Both the position numbers and the translations under genes were made by a program. The notes below the pieces were generated by a model that did no database searches, was not told where the DNA came from, and saw only the letters and a program-made list of their open reading frames with translations. A DNA stretch of 64,000 nt from an uncultured bacterium (GTDB lineage Bacteria > Bacteroidota > Ignavibacteria > Kapaibacteriales > UBA2268): positions 2,777-66,776 of the forward strand of contig CALLXS010000054.1 in NCBI GenBank assembly GCA_937875295.1, given 5' to 3'. Shown one piece after another: positions 1-10,096 of this stretch (within the stretch, counting starts at the first letter, position 1; each line of letters begins with the position of its first letter).

Positions 1-1
1 A

Positions 2-1345
2 ATTCGCAAAGATGAACCAATGCTCCCAGAAGTAAGCGAGAGCGAGGTATCTCGTCATTTTTATAGATTATCTACAAAGAACTATAATTTAGATTCTGGG
101 TTTTACCCATTGGGTAGCTGCACAATGAAATATAATCCAAAAGTAAATGAAGTAACAGCTTCGATGCCCGGATTTGCACAATTGCATCCATGCACATTGC
201 CTGAGCATTCGCAAGGAGCTTTGAGATTAATGTATGAGCTTGGAGAATGTTTAAAGGAAATATTTGGTATGCCGGGAGTTTCGTTGCAACCAGCTGCAGG
301 ATCTCACGGAGAATTTACAGGAATATTGATGTTTAGGGCTTATCATTTGAGTCGCAATGATTCTAAGAGAGTAAATATATTAATACCTGATTCAGCTCAT
401 GGTACTAATCCAGCATCTGCTACAATTGCAGGATTTAAAGTAATTACAATAAAATCTCAAGCAAATGGCAGAGTAGATTTAGAAGAGTTAAAGAGCAAAT
501 GCAACGAAGAGACCGCTGGAATTATGCTTACAAATCCAAATACTTTAGGCTTGTTCGAAGGTCAAATTCAAGAAATTGAGAAATTAATTCATGGTTGCGG
601 TGGATTAATGTATATGGATGGTGCAAATTTAAATGCTTTGATGGGACTTACACGTCCGGGCGATATGGGATTTGACTGCGTACATACAAATTTACACAAG
701 ACATTTTCTACTCCTCATGGTGGTGGTGGTCCTGGATCGGGTCCAGTATGCGTAAGCGAGAAATTAATTCCATTTTTGCCAATTCCACAGATTATTAAAA
801 ATGGCGATAAATATGAATTAATTGAAGATAATCCTTCATCAATTGGTAAAGTACATAGTTATTTTGGTAATTTTGGAGTTTTAGTTCGTGCTTTTACTTA
901 TATTAGAATGCTTGGAGCTAAGGGTTTGCGCACTACAAGTGAAATGGCAATTCTAAATGCAAATTATTTATTCACTATGCTGAAAGATACTTTTGATGTG
1001 CCACATGATGAATATTGCATGCATGAATTTGTACTTTCTGGCGATAGACAAAAGAAATTAGGTGCTTCGACTAAGGATATTGCTAAGAGATTGCTAGATT
1101 ATTCTTATCATGCTCCAACTATTTATTTCCCATTAATAGTTCATGAAGCTCTTTTAATAGAGCCAACGGAGACAGAGACTAAAGAGACTTTAGAAGATTT
1201 TGCAGAAGCTCTAAAGAAAATTTCAAAAGAAGTAGAAACTGATGTTGATTTAGTGCTAAATGCTCCACATAATTTTGATATTAAGAGATTAAATGATGCC
1301 TTAGCTGCAAGAAATTTAAATATTACTTGGACTAATGCAAAATAG
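2..1345 (+). CDS. gcvPB: Glycine dehydrogenase (decarboxylating) subunit 2, 5'-truncated by the window edge
   Basis: The translated ORF matches the P-protein subunit 2 family: the PLP-lysine region [18 protein letters not shown] is present together with the overall conserved layout. The frame is open back to base 2, so the true start lies upstream of the window. Confidence 0.85.
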   Translation: MRKDEPMLPEVSESEVSRHFYRLSTKNYNLDSGFYPLGSCTMKYNPKVNEVTASMPGFAQLHPCTLPEHSQGALRLMYELGECLKEIFGMPGVSLQPAAGSHGEFTGILMFRAYHLSRNDSKRVNILIPDSAHGTNPASATIAGFKVITIKSQANGRVDLEELKSKCNEETAGIMLTNPNTLGLFEGQIQEIEKLIHGCGGLMYMDGANLNALMGLTRPGDMGFDCVHTNLHKTFSTPHGGGGPGSGPVCVSEKLIPFLPIPQIIKNGDKYELIEDNPSSIGKVHSYFGNFGVLVRAFTYIRMLGAKGLRTTSEMAILNANYLFTMLKDTFDVPHDEYCMHEFVLSGDRQKKLGASTKDIAKRLLDYSYHAPTIYFPLIVHEALLIEPTETETKETLEDFAEALKKISKEVETDVDLVLNAPHNFDIKRLNDALAARNLNITWTNAK

Positions 1346-1380
1346 AAGATAATTTTAATATTACAGCTTAAAAATAATAA

Positions 1381-1416
1381 AAAAAACCTGCTTTTTAAAA
1401 AGCAGGTTTTTATTTT
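1381..1416. terminator. Bidirectional rho-independent terminator between convergent gcvPB and trxA
   Basis: Perfect palindrome aaaaaacctgcttttt/aaaaagcaggtttttt with A/T runs on both sides. Confidence 0.6.
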
Positions 1417-1435
1417 ACATCACAAAAAAAATTTT

Positions 1436-1762
1436 TTATAATAAAGCTTTTAATTTTTCTTCTAATGTAGATTTAGGAACTGCACCAATTACAGTATCAA
1501 CTAATTCGCCACCTTTGAAAAATAATACAGTAGGGATAGAGCGAATACCGTAGTTCATAGCGGTATTTTGATTGCTATCTACATCAACTTTTCCTACTTT
1601 TGCTTTGCCTGTATATTCATTTGCAATTTCTTCTACATAAGGAGCAATCATTCTGCAAGGTCCGCACCAAGTAGCCCAGAAGTCGAGCATTACAGGTTGA
1701 GTAGAATTTTTTACTTCTTGATCGAAATTAGCATCAGTTATTTCTAATAAGTTATTTGACAT
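1436..1762 (-). CDS. trxA: Thioredoxin
   Basis: WATWCGPC active-site motif, 108 aa, classic thioredoxin fold pattern. Confidence 0.9.
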   Translation of the reverse strand: MSNNLLEITDANFDQEVKNSTQPVMLDFWATWCGPCRMIAPYVEEIANEYTGKAKVGKVDVDSNQNTAMNYGIRSIPTVLFFKGGELVDTVIGAVPKSTLEEKLKALL

Positions 1763-1839
1763 TTTTATTCCTTTGTGTAATATGAAATTTCAATTAGAAA
1801 CGAAAAGATTTAATCATTATTTTGAATTTGATTAAAATT

Positions 1840-4800
1840 TTATTTTTTAATGAAATTTTTAATTATGTTAAATTTATTGTTTTTAAATCTAATAAAGTAG
1901 TTTCCAGCACTAAATAGTTTTAAGTTTACTTTATAAATTGAATTAGAATTGAAATTGTTTTCAGTTAAAATTACTTTTCCTGCAGCATCGAATATTTCAA
2001 TGCTTACAATTCCTATTTCATTATCAATTTTGCAATTTATTTCATTTTCAGATGGATTAGGGAAGATATTAATTAAATATTCAAAATCAGGACTTTGCAC
2101 TAAACTTGCTTGACCGAGATTAAATGAATAAACTATTGAATATCCGAAATCAGGATTAAAAGATTTAAGTAATTTATTCTCTTTAGATACAATTTTTAAA
2201 TTGCCTGCAATCATACCATTTACAGCCCAATATTTAATGCCAACCATAGCTTCATTTGTAAGTTCCATTGTATAGCAACCATCTGGGAAATCTAAAGGTA
2301 TTTTATATGATTTTTGAGATTCGAAGTTGTCCTTTGAATATAATATATTGCCCATTATATCTTTTATTGTGAGTTTCATTTGCTCATAAGAATAATTTGG
2401 AGTAAGAAATTCTAAAGTAGAATTATTTTCAATAATATCAGGCATATTAAAATTCGCAGACATTGTATCATTTACGGCATATTCATCATTTTGATTATTT
2501 GGAGAACTAATTTTTACATCAAAAATATGATTATCATCGCCGAGCCAGAAACTAGATGAAATAATTGGAAGAGAAATTGTATCTAAAATATTTGGTTTTA
2601 AATCACCAGTCCAATTATATGTTTCTTCTACACCACCGCTAACTTTATAAATAAATTTTAGCGAAGTTAAATTAGTTTTTCCATTATTTCTAATAACTAT
2701 TACTGGATTATTACAAATTGGGTTTTTGCGAGAGAATAAGCCTTTATTATTTGGAGAGAATATTTCATATACTTCTGCATCTACAGAATGAGCTTGCTCG
2801 CCATATTCGAAGAAATGAAATGCCATTTCATAATTTCCATTTCCCATTCCTTCATTTTGAGATGGTACAGGAGTGATTTCATAATCAAAAGTATTTGAGC
2901 TTTCGACATTATTATAATTGCTTAATTCAAAATCAATATCTTTTACTACATCGCCGGGGCACCATCCTTCGCGAGAGCCAGGCCATGTGCCACCTTGAGG
3001 ATAAACTGGATTAGTAGCACAATCATATTGTTGCCAAATTGACCATACTTTTACATCGTCATTCATTGAAAGATAATGAGTATTTGCTTTCCATTCGCAG
3101 CAGTGTGGGAATGAGCCAGTATTGCTTTGGTGACCATGACCAGTTAAGCGGGTGCGTACTTTTGCAGAGAATGTATTAGGAGTTTTAGGCACTGAAATTT
3201 GATTTAATACGGTATTATTATCAAGGTTTTTATATAAATGATTACCATATCCGCCCCATAATTCTGTGAATTTTTCTACTTTACGAGGTGCTGTACCTTT
3301 GTAAAAATCGAAAGTAACATCAACTAATTCTTGCAAGTTTCCAGCAGAGAATTCTACATCACCAGTAAGTATTGGAGCATAATCTGTAACATCATATTTC
3401 CAAGTGAAACCATCGGGACCCAAATCTAAACCGATACCATAAGGAGTAATAAATCTACCAATTTCGATATTTTGGTAAATTGGTTCAGGTTCAGAATTAT
3501 ATACAAGAGTCTGATTAGTAATATTTTTTGTTCCTGCTATCATAACTGAATCGATTATATTACCATTTATATCGGTTGAATATTGATATCCGGATTTAAT
3601 TGTAGGAGTATTGCTCTCTAAAATTAATTTATCATTTTCTACTTTATATTTGCTTAGAGAATATATTTTAGGAGTAGTATAAATTTTTTCTTCTACAGAT
3701 TTAGATTCGATTTCAAAATCACCAATTACTATTTCAATAGCAGGTACGTTAGTATTAATTGGTTTAAATTTACTAAGTTCGTCACCGCTGAGCGTTTGAA
3801 TACGTGGGAAGCCAAAGTTAATACCATTGTTATTATTACCACTTACATCAGCAGTAGTATTAATATTATTTTCATTAGAATTAGGATAATTTAGAATTAA
3901 TCCATCTGTATTTGCTGGTAATACTTTATCAATATTATCAAATATTTCTTCTTCAGTAAGATTTTTATTCCATACGCGTACATTATAGACAGCACCATTG
4001 ATACAAGCTGTATTCCATTCATTAGAAGAGAGATTAAATGGTTTATTTAATTTTGGAGTTTGAGTAGGCAAAGTACCACTATAGACTCCTGATATTGATT
4101 TTCCATTAATATAAATTTTTAATTTTTCGCTATTTGATTCCTTATTTCCATTATATACAGCAGCAATATGATACCATTTTCCTTCAGTTAGAGCGCTTGA
4201 AATTTTAATATTTGAATTCATTTCATTACGGAGCATAAAGTATAGATCGCCTTTTACATCGCCTGTCTCGAAATGAATTTTGTCTCCGATACCCATAATT
4301 TTAGACCAATTAGACCATTTATTGATTTTTACAAAACCTTCGATTGTGAATTGGCTTTGATTACTTAATAATCCGGTTTTTTCTGATTGGATATAGTCAT
4401 TTTTCCCATCGAAAGTGGGGTAATGAATTAATTCATTTGAGAATATTTGCTTATCATTAATTGCGAGCATTTGCTGTTCAATAGGTTCTCCTGTCTCATT
4501 AGAAATGAATTTATCAGCAGAAATAGTTAAAACTATGCCAAGCCCATTAGATAAAGTCCTATGCTGCTTTGAGAATAGGATTTCGCTCCACTCTTCTTCA
4601 CCAATTGTGTAATCATTTTGAAATAATATTGTATTAGTACCACTAAATAGAGTCGTATCTATAAATTTATGATTAGCTATTGTGATTTTTAAATTTTTAA
4701 TAGTAACATTTTTGTTAGAAAATTTGATTCTTAATTTCCCTAAGTTCTCACCATTTAATCCTAATAATTTTAATTTTGGATTATCAAAATAATATTGCAC

Positions 4801-5319
4801 TTTAAAAGGTGTATCTTTTTTTATTGTGAGATTTTCGTTAGGGGAGTCATATAATGCTTTTATTTCATTATTACTTTCTGATTTAAGTGAATTTTGGAGC
4901 TTTGAAACAGTATAATAAATAAGTTTTTGATTTTTTATCGAGTTAAATTCATCATCAGTTAAAATAGTTAATTCATCGTCAGAGTAGCTTCCTACGCTAT
5001 ATTCTTGGTGCTTTAGCTGATATACAGTATCGCGACCGGTCTTAATATGCACTTTGATATAAGAGCTATAATCCCATTCTCCGCAATCAAATCTATCATG
5101 TGGAGTGCGTGGATCACATTTCAGAGTGTAATTCATTATTATTTTTCGGAAATCTTGATTAGCATCAGGGAATTTCCAAATACCACGCCGAGTAACTATT
5201 GAATCAAAAGTAAGAGTCTTTACTTTAATGACTGATTCGTCTGCCTTAAGAGAAGATAGGTCAGAAATTAGCATTACGATTAGAATTAATGGTAATGTAA
5301 TTAAAGTAGAAATTTTCAT
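1840..5319 (-). CDS. Large secreted multidomain protein (LamG/concanavalin-like domain) with T9SS C-terminal sorting domain
   Basis: N-terminal signal peptide MKISTLITLPLILIVMLIS. Internal LamG-like signature KWYHIAAVYNG...KIYINGK. Cys/Trp-rich module GHGHQSNTGSFPHCCEW...GWCPGD. C-terminal region of about 80 aa (FPNPSENEIN...IEIFDAAGKVI...YFIRF) typical of Por/T9SS CTDs. Confidence 0.6.
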   Translation of the reverse strand: MKISTLITLPLILIVMLISDLSSLKADESVIKVKTLTFDSIVTRRGIWKFPDANQDFRKIIMNYTLKCDPRTPHDRFDCGEWDYSSYIKVHIKTGRDTVYQLKHQEYSVGSYSDDELTILTDDEFNSIKNQKLIYYTVSKLQNSLKSESNNEIKALYDSPNENLTIKKDTPFKVQYYFDNPKLKLLGLNGENLGKLRIKFSNKNVTIKNLKITIANHKFIDTTLFSGTNTILFQNDYTIGEEEWSEILFSKQHRTLSNGLGIVLTISADKFISNETGEPIEQQMLAINDKQIFSNELIHYPTFDGKNDYIQSEKTGLLSNQSQFTIEGFVKINKWSNWSKIMGIGDKIHFETGDVKGDLYFMLRNEMNSNIKISSALTEGKWYHIAAVYNGNKESNSEKLKIYINGKSISGVYSGTLPTQTPKLNKPFNLSSNEWNTACINGAVYNVRVWNKNLTEEEIFDNIDKVLPANTDGLILNYPNSNENNINTTADVSGNNNNGINFGFPRIQTLSGDELSKFKPINTNVPAIEIVIGDFEIESKSVEEKIYTTPKIYSLSKYKVENDKLILESNTPTIKSGYQYSTDINGNIIDSVMIAGTKNITNQTLVYNSEPEPIYQNIEIGRFITPYGIGLDLGPDGFTWKYDVTDYAPILTGDVEFSAGNLQELVDVTFDFYKGTAPRKVEKFTELWGGYGNHLYKNLDNNTVLNQISVPKTPNTFSAKVRTRLTGHGHQSNTGSFPHCCEWKANTHYLSMNDDVKVWSIWQQYDCATNPVYPQGGTWPGSREGWCPGDVVKDIDFELSNYNNVESSNTFDYEITPVPSQNEGMGNGNYEMAFHFFEYGEQAHSVDAEVYEIFSPNNKGLFSRKNPICNNPVIVIRNNGKTNLTSLKFIYKVSGGVEETYNWTGDLKPNILDTISLPIISSSFWLGDDNHIFDVKISSPNNQNDEYAVNDTMSANFNMPDIIENNSTLEFLTPNYSYEQMKLTIKDIMGNILYSKDNFESQKSYKIPLDFPDGCYTMELTNEAMVGIKYWAVNGMIAGNLKIVSKENKLLKSFNPDFGYSIVYSFNLGQASLVQSPDFEYLINIFPNPSENEINCKIDNEIGIVSIEIFDAAGKVILTENNFNSNSIYKVNLKLFSAGNYFIRFKNNKFNIIKNFIKK

Positions 5320-5353
5320 TGTAGTTCCTTATATTTATACTATGTTTGATATT

Positions 5354-6946
5354 TTAATTATTATTCAGATCGCTAGGAGCAGTTTCTTCATTTATTTTTT
5401 CAGTTGTTTCTCTCTTTAGTGGGAATTGTACTGTAAAGGTAGAACCTTTGCCTAATGCACTTGTAATTTTAATTTTGCCTTTGTGCGCTTCAGTCAGTTT
5501 CTTTACAATCCAAAGACCAAACCCAGAACTATGTTCATTTGCTGTCGGAGTAGCACTTAGCTTTACGCCACGTTGAAATGCATTGCTAATATCTTCCTGC
5601 GACAATCCTAAACCATTATCCTTTACAGATATTTCAGCATAATCTCCATCTTTTCGTATAGTAACTAGCACGCTAGCACCTTTAGGAGAATATTTAATTG
5701 CGTTAGACATTAAATTATCGATTATTTCATCTACTTTTTGCGCATCTACAGGTACTTTTTCAATTGGTTTAAAATCAGTACTGATGACAATCTGTTTTTT
5801 GTCAGCATTTATTTTGTTTCTATGAACTATATCGCTTACAATTTCTTCAATATTTTCTTCTTCAATATTTAAATGAAGCGAACTGCTCTCGAGAGATAAT
5901 ATTTTGGTTACTTCTTGAGAAAGATTTACTATTCTTGAAGTTGTAGTGACGATATCTTGTATAATTTCCTTTTGCTCGTTAGCTGACAGATCATAAGAAT
6001 TAAGCAATTCAACTAATCCTTTTACTAATCCAGCAGGGTTTTTAATATCATGAATAACCATAGCAAAAAGGTCATCTTTTTGTTTTTGCAGTTCAGTTAA
6101 TTCGGTATTAAACTTGCTCAAAGAATCAGTTTTGCTTTTTAGCTCGTTATTTTGTTTGCTAAGCTCGCTACTTCTAATATTTAAATTATCTATTTGAGCT
6201 CTTAAAGCATCTACTTCTGCTTTTAAGTCAGAGTTTTCCCTTTTAAGTAATTGTAAATCATTTTGATCTATATTAGATCCCATATAATTATCTCCGATGT
6301 ATTTATTTAAATTAATGTTTTCATTGTAGTAATTAGCGTTAGAATCTTTGTTTTTGGAATTTTTGATTATCCAAAATATTGCTAAGGTTATTAATAATAT
6401 TCCTACAGCAAGAGCAATAATATTGACAAAAGCATTAGGACCAGTGAAGACATTTGTTTCAGCGGATAATCCATTTTTTCGAATGATTTCGTCAGCTTTT
6501 GCTTTTTCATCTTTAGTAATTTCGAGCTGCTTCATTAACTCCACTTCTCTATCGCTTATTCTGAAGTTTAATTGTAGAGGGATAGCATTTATTGTGTTAT
6601 TGGGGTCGAGAGCAGAAATAGTGATTGTATAATTGTTTTCTTGCAGGTTTGAATAAATTATAGATTTAGTATTCGTAGGTTGATTATATTCATTTGTTTG
6701 ATATTTTAAATTTACAATGAACCTAAAAGGTACTTTATTTTTTAAATCTGTTTTTAAATAATAAAAAAATTCAATTTTATCTTTTGTGCTAAAAACAAAT
6801 GTAGAAGGATCTAAGCTCTTTATAGCTTTGTTGTTGACTTCTATTTTTTCTAATATCACACTTGAATTTTGAGCATTTACTTCGAAATAATTAAAAGCTA
6901 TCAAAATAGAAATAATGCTATATACAAAAATCAAATTTCTTTTCAT
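5354..6946 (-). CDS. Sensor histidine kinase with extracytoplasmic beta-rich domain and coiled-coil linker
   Basis: Signal peptide, a single TM helix (IIALAVGILLITLAIFWII), a long coiled coil, H-box VIHDIKNPAG, and a HATPase_c domain with N, G1 (DNGLGL) and G2 (GFGLWIV) boxes. Confidence 0.8.
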   Translation of the reverse strand: MKRNLIFVYSIISILIAFNYFEVNAQNSSVILEKIEVNNKAIKSLDPSTFVFSTKDKIEFFYYLKTDLKNKVPFRFIVNLKYQTNEYNQPTNTKSIIYSNLQENNYTITISALDPNNTINAIPLQLNFRISDREVELMKQLEITKDEKAKADEIIRKNGLSAETNVFTGPNAFVNIIALAVGILLITLAIFWIIKNSKNKDSNANYYNENINLNKYIGDNYMGSNIDQNDLQLLKRENSDLKAEVDALRAQIDNLNIRSSELSKQNNELKSKTDSLSKFNTELTELQKQKDDLFAMVIHDIKNPAGLVKGLVELLNSYDLSANEQKEIIQDIVTTTSRIVNLSQEVTKILSLESSSLHLNIEEENIEEIVSDIVHRNKINADKKQIVISTDFKPIEKVPVDAQKVDEIIDNLMSNAIKYSPKGASVLVTIRKDGDYAEISVKDNGLGLSQEDISNAFQRGVKLSATPTANEHSSGFGLWIVKKLTEAHKGKIKITSALGKGSTFTVQFPLKRETTEKINEETAPSDLNNN

Positions 6947-7020
6947 TAACTAACGAATCAATAAATATAACAAAGTAACAAAAATAAGTATTTTTTCGTA
7001 AATCTACAAAGTAAATATAT

Positions 7021-7058
7021 AAAAAAAACACTTTTAATATATAATTAAAAGCGTTTTT
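7021..7058. terminator. Hairpin plus A/T runs at the downstream end of the phage-derived cluster
   Basis: aaaaaaaacacttttaatatataattaaaagcgtttttttt: a 10-bp stem with one mismatch (G-U on the minus-strand RNA), flanked by T-runs in both orientations. Confidence 0.45.
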
Positions 7059-7096
7059 TTTGTGAAGCAATATTTTCATGAGAAAGTAATAGCAAA

Positions 7097-8248
7097 TCAA
7101 ATGATTTCATTTTTTTTAAAACCATAATTTGACATTAAATATTCCTTACTAAGCCTATAACCACTTTCTTTTGCAATTTTCATATCAATTTCTAATTTTT
7201 CTGATTTTAATTCTTCGTCTGCATTAATAACAAAATACGGAGCATTACCGCTGAAATTTATTTCTACATAATATTCAATTAATTGATTTAAAGTCTTTTC
7301 TACTAATTTTATATCACTCAAAATGACTTCTTTACGTATTTTGAAGTGAGTTTGAGCTGCAGCATAAGATCCTAATTCCAATTCAGTAGTTAGAGTCTGC
7401 GACAGTATTGCTTTAGAAATTTCAGAATTGCAATATTTAATTAATTCGCGATAAAGAGAATTAGAAGTGGAACGAACTGCTTCGTGAAAAGAAATATTAA
7501 TATCTGCTGGAGTAACTATTACAGAATCTTCCGACATTAAAGAAAGTGCATCAGCTAATCTGTCAGCTTCGTCGCGAGTGCTACCACGAGTATACTGTCC
7601 CATTAAAATTGGCATTCCATAACGCTCAGCAAAATGTACCCAATTTTTCACTCCTGAATTTTTAAATATTATGGGCCAATAGCATTTAGCTAATAGTGCA
7701 TTACCGTATGGGTTATCATAAGTAGCTTCAAATCTTGGGCATAATGTTTTCAGTGGATGTAAAGGCATTTCACTATCAAATTCATTTGAAGTAATGCGAT
7801 TATTTAATACTAACTCACCATCGGAATTAAAACCAAACCATTCATGGGGTCTTGGAATTATATTTTTAGGAATTAATTCATAGTTATTTGGATCGATTTC
7901 CCAAATTATCTCCATCGGTTGCCAACCGAATAACGGTGCTTCTAAAATATCTCTCATAATATTATAAATATCGAGACGCTTTAGCATTGTATTAACTTTA
8001 GATAAGACTTCATCACTTGAATCATTGCATTCTAATTTATAGCTCATACTCAATAAACCACTTTTCCTCGACTGGATACAACTCCATAAATGAGCATCAA
8101 TTTTTAATTCTCTGTATGCGGAAATGCCTTTTCCAGACTGCCGCAGCACTAAATCTGGATTAGGCAAAATATGCATTTCAGAGAAAAATGAATCATCTGC
8201 AGTAGGTTTATAAATTTCTTTCGTTAGTATATTTAATTTTGTGTTCAT
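7097..8248 (-). CDS. Mu gp29-like portal protein (DUF935 family), shorter than canonical
   Basis: The conserved block WPIIFKNSGVKNWVHFAERYGMPILMGQY ... CNSEISKAILSQTLTTELELGSYAAAQTH matches the DUF935 portal pattern as I recall it. At 383 aa it is shorter than the roughly 500-aa typical length. Confidence 0.55.
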   Translation of the reverse strand: MNTKLNILTKEIYKPTADDSFFSEMHILPNPDLVLRQSGKGISAYRELKIDAHLWSCIQSRKSGLLSMSYKLECNDSSDEVLSKVNTMLKRLDIYNIMRDILEAPLFGWQPMEIIWEIDPNNYELIPKNIIPRPHEWFGFNSDGELVLNNRITSNEFDSEMPLHPLKTLCPRFEATYDNPYGNALLAKCYWPIIFKNSGVKNWVHFAERYGMPILMGQYTRGSTRDEADRLADALSLMSEDSVIVTPADINISFHEAVRSTSNSLYRELIKYCNSEISKAILSQTLTTELELGSYAAAQTHFKIRKEVILSDIKLVEKTLNQLIEYYVEINFSGNAPYFVINADEELKSEKLEIDMKIAKESGYRLSKEYLMSNYGFKKNEII

Positions 8249-8263
8249 TATTATAGTTTTTGT

Positions 8264-8857
8264 TTATTTTGATAAATATAATTTTAAGTCTGCCATTGTA
8301 ATTTTCTTTTTTTTATTGCTGTCTTCAGAATCTTCAATAAGCAAAATATCGTTATCTGAGAGAGTTGCTTTCGAATCAAAAGAATAAAAGTCGTTATTTC
8401 CCCTTGACAATTGAGCAATGTCATTTACATTTGATAGCCCAATTTGTTCTTTAGTGATAAGATGAGGATTAGAAGTATTATTTAAGTGCGAATTAAAATA
8501 ATTAATGACTTCGGAGTTGATTTGTAAATATTCCGGGTGAGTGTGGTTTTTAGCAGAGAAATCTGATAAAAGTGTAATTAAATCATTTTGCTGATTAATA
8601 GTTCCTATAATTTCGCCCCATTTTGGAGCAATATTATTATATTCTTGATGAGTATGATGAATTAGTGAATATTGAGCAAATTTATTTGATAAATCATTTT
8701 GTTCTGATAAATTACCTGAGATATTACCCCAGTAAATTATTGTTTCTGGTAAATTTAAAGCAATATTATTTATATGATTAACCAAATCAACTTGATTATT
8801 AATCTCTCCGGTGATTTCGCCCCATTTAGTTTTGTTGGTAATTTTAATATATGGCAT
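8264..8857 (-). CDS. Phage-associated repeat protein (possible fibre or receptor-binding fragment)
   Basis: Two internal repeats: KWGEITGEINNQVDL...HTHQEY and KWGEIIGTINQQNDL...HTHPEY. N- and H-rich. Located inside the phage-derived cluster. Confidence 0.35.
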   Translation of the reverse strand: MPYIKITNKTKWGEITGEINNQVDLVNHINNIALNLPETIIYWGNISGNLSEQNDLSNKFAQYSLIHHTHQEYNNIAPKWGEIIGTINQQNDLITLLSDFSAKNHTHPEYLQINSEVINYFNSHLNNTSNPHLITKEQIGLSNVNDIAQLSRGNNDFYSFDSKATLSDNDILLIEDSEDSNKKKKITMADLKLYLSK

Positions 8858-8866
8858 ATTGGATTT

Positions 8867-9223
8867 TTATTTTTTTGTTTGAAATATTCGAGAAACTAAT
8901 ATTACTGAAATTCTACCTTGATTATTAAGAGCTTTTGAATATGATACCCGGATATAATCTGCTATAGTATCAATATCGATAATTAGAGCATCTGATTCAT
9001 TATTTATAGTATTTATTTGATATTCAAAGAATTTAGCGTATGAGATAGCATCGTTAGAAAGTTCAATACTAATATTTCCACAATTAGCAATTGCATCTTC
9101 CCAATTAATTTGAATTGACCCAAGCTTATAAATTGAATTTTTCCAGCTTTCAGAAAAAACTGGTATCCAGTCTGATTGATAATTATTGTTAGAAGAGAAA
9201 TTTATTTCTAATAGATTTTTCAT
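8867..9223 (-). CDS. Hypothetical protein in phage-derived cluster
   Basis: ORF co-oriented and tightly packed with its neighbours; no recognisable motif. Confidence 0.3.
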   Translation of the reverse strand: MKNLLEINFSSNNNYQSDWIPVFSESWKNSIYKLGSIQINWEDAIANCGNISIELSNDAISYAKFFEYQINTINNESDALIIDIDTIADYIRVSYSKALNNQGRISVILVSRIFQTKK

Positions 9224-9267
9224 AAATATTATGATTTATAAAAATGAAATAATAAATTATTAATGAT

Positions 9268-9374
9268 GAGAATGGGATAGAGAAAACCTTATGAATACAA
9301 ATTGTAAAAATTAGATGATATTACTTTTAGGAATAACAACATTATTTTAATCGGCTTTCTCTATCCGTATTCTC
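9268..9374. repeat. Long-range inverted repeat (about 18-19 bp arms, one indel) enclosing a spacer of about 70 nt
   Basis: gagaatgggatagagaaa (9268-9285) and tttctctatccgtattctc (9356-9374) are reverse complements except for a single-base indel. Confidence 0.4.
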
Positions 9375-9430
9375 TTATTCTAATTGATGAAAAGAAGTAG
9401 TGGTTAATTATAAATTAATTTGATATTAGA

Positions 9431-10018
9431 TTAGGCATTATTAGTTCTAAATCCGATTAAACCTCGAATTGCTAAATTAGAAAGTGGATGATAAATATTT
9501 CTTTTCTTTATAAATACTCCCTCTACTTTTCGTCCATTAATAATGCTATTTGTGTTAAATGCAATTGTAGTAATATTTCCTTTTTCGCCGACTTTAATTA
9601 CTCTTTCTATATGCCCTCGGTAGCTAGATTTCCTTCTCCATACAATTAAATCATTAATATTTGCCTTGTATGGCTTTTTAATTCCATTAATTCGTGCAAA
9701 TCTATAAATGTCATTAGCTACCATAGTTTTGGGAATTGGAATAGAATCTTGAGGTAAGCTAAGTCTTTGTGAAGCGACAAAGAAAGTCCAATAAATGCCA
9801 GCAGCACAATAGGGCGTACCCGGAGCAGCTGAGAAAATTTTAAGATATTTATAAATATCACCTATATTTCTCCCATTTTCGAGAGTACCATTTTGAGAAA
9901 TTGCTATTTCTCCAGATAATTGCAATAAGTCGTAATTGCAATATAATTCATATTTGGAATATGGGAAAGCAGAAATGGAACTAATTAATATCAATATTAC
10001 TACTAAATTAAATCGCAT
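9431..10018 (-). CDS. Secreted CHAP/NlpC-P60 superfamily cell-wall hydrolase (endolysin-like)
   Basis: Signal peptide. Candidate catalytic Cys in PGTPYCAAGIYW and His in YRGHIERVIKV, with spacing typical of CHAP domains. Sits next to a small 3-TM protein. Confidence 0.5.
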   Translation of the reverse strand: MRFNLVVILILISSISAFPYSKYELYCNYDLLQLSGEIAISQNGTLENGRNIGDIYKYLKIFSAAPGTPYCAAGIYWTFFVASQRLSLPQDSIPIPKTMVANDIYRFARINGIKKPYKANINDLIVWRRKSSYRGHIERVIKVGEKGNITTIAFNTNSIINGRKVEGVFIKKRNIYHPLSNLAIRGLIGFRTNNA

Positions 10019-10096
10019 TTTATAATGTCTCCTTTAAAAAGTGAATGAATTAATTAATTTTAAATAGTTAGCTTGTTTCTTATTTATATTATTGAA

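Noticed and set aside
5228-5419. 63-aa plus-strand ORF
   Set aside because: Entirely antisense to the ends of two well-supported minus-strand genes, with no SD; an artefact of AT-rich sequence.
6348-6632. 94-aa plus-strand ORF inside the histidine kinase gene
   Set aside because: Antisense to a gene with strong domain evidence; low-complexity translation.
6918-7100. 60-aa minus-strand ORF in the kinase/portal intergenic region
   Set aside because: Overlaps the terminator hairpin and the start of the kinase gene; composition typical of non-coding AT-rich DNA.
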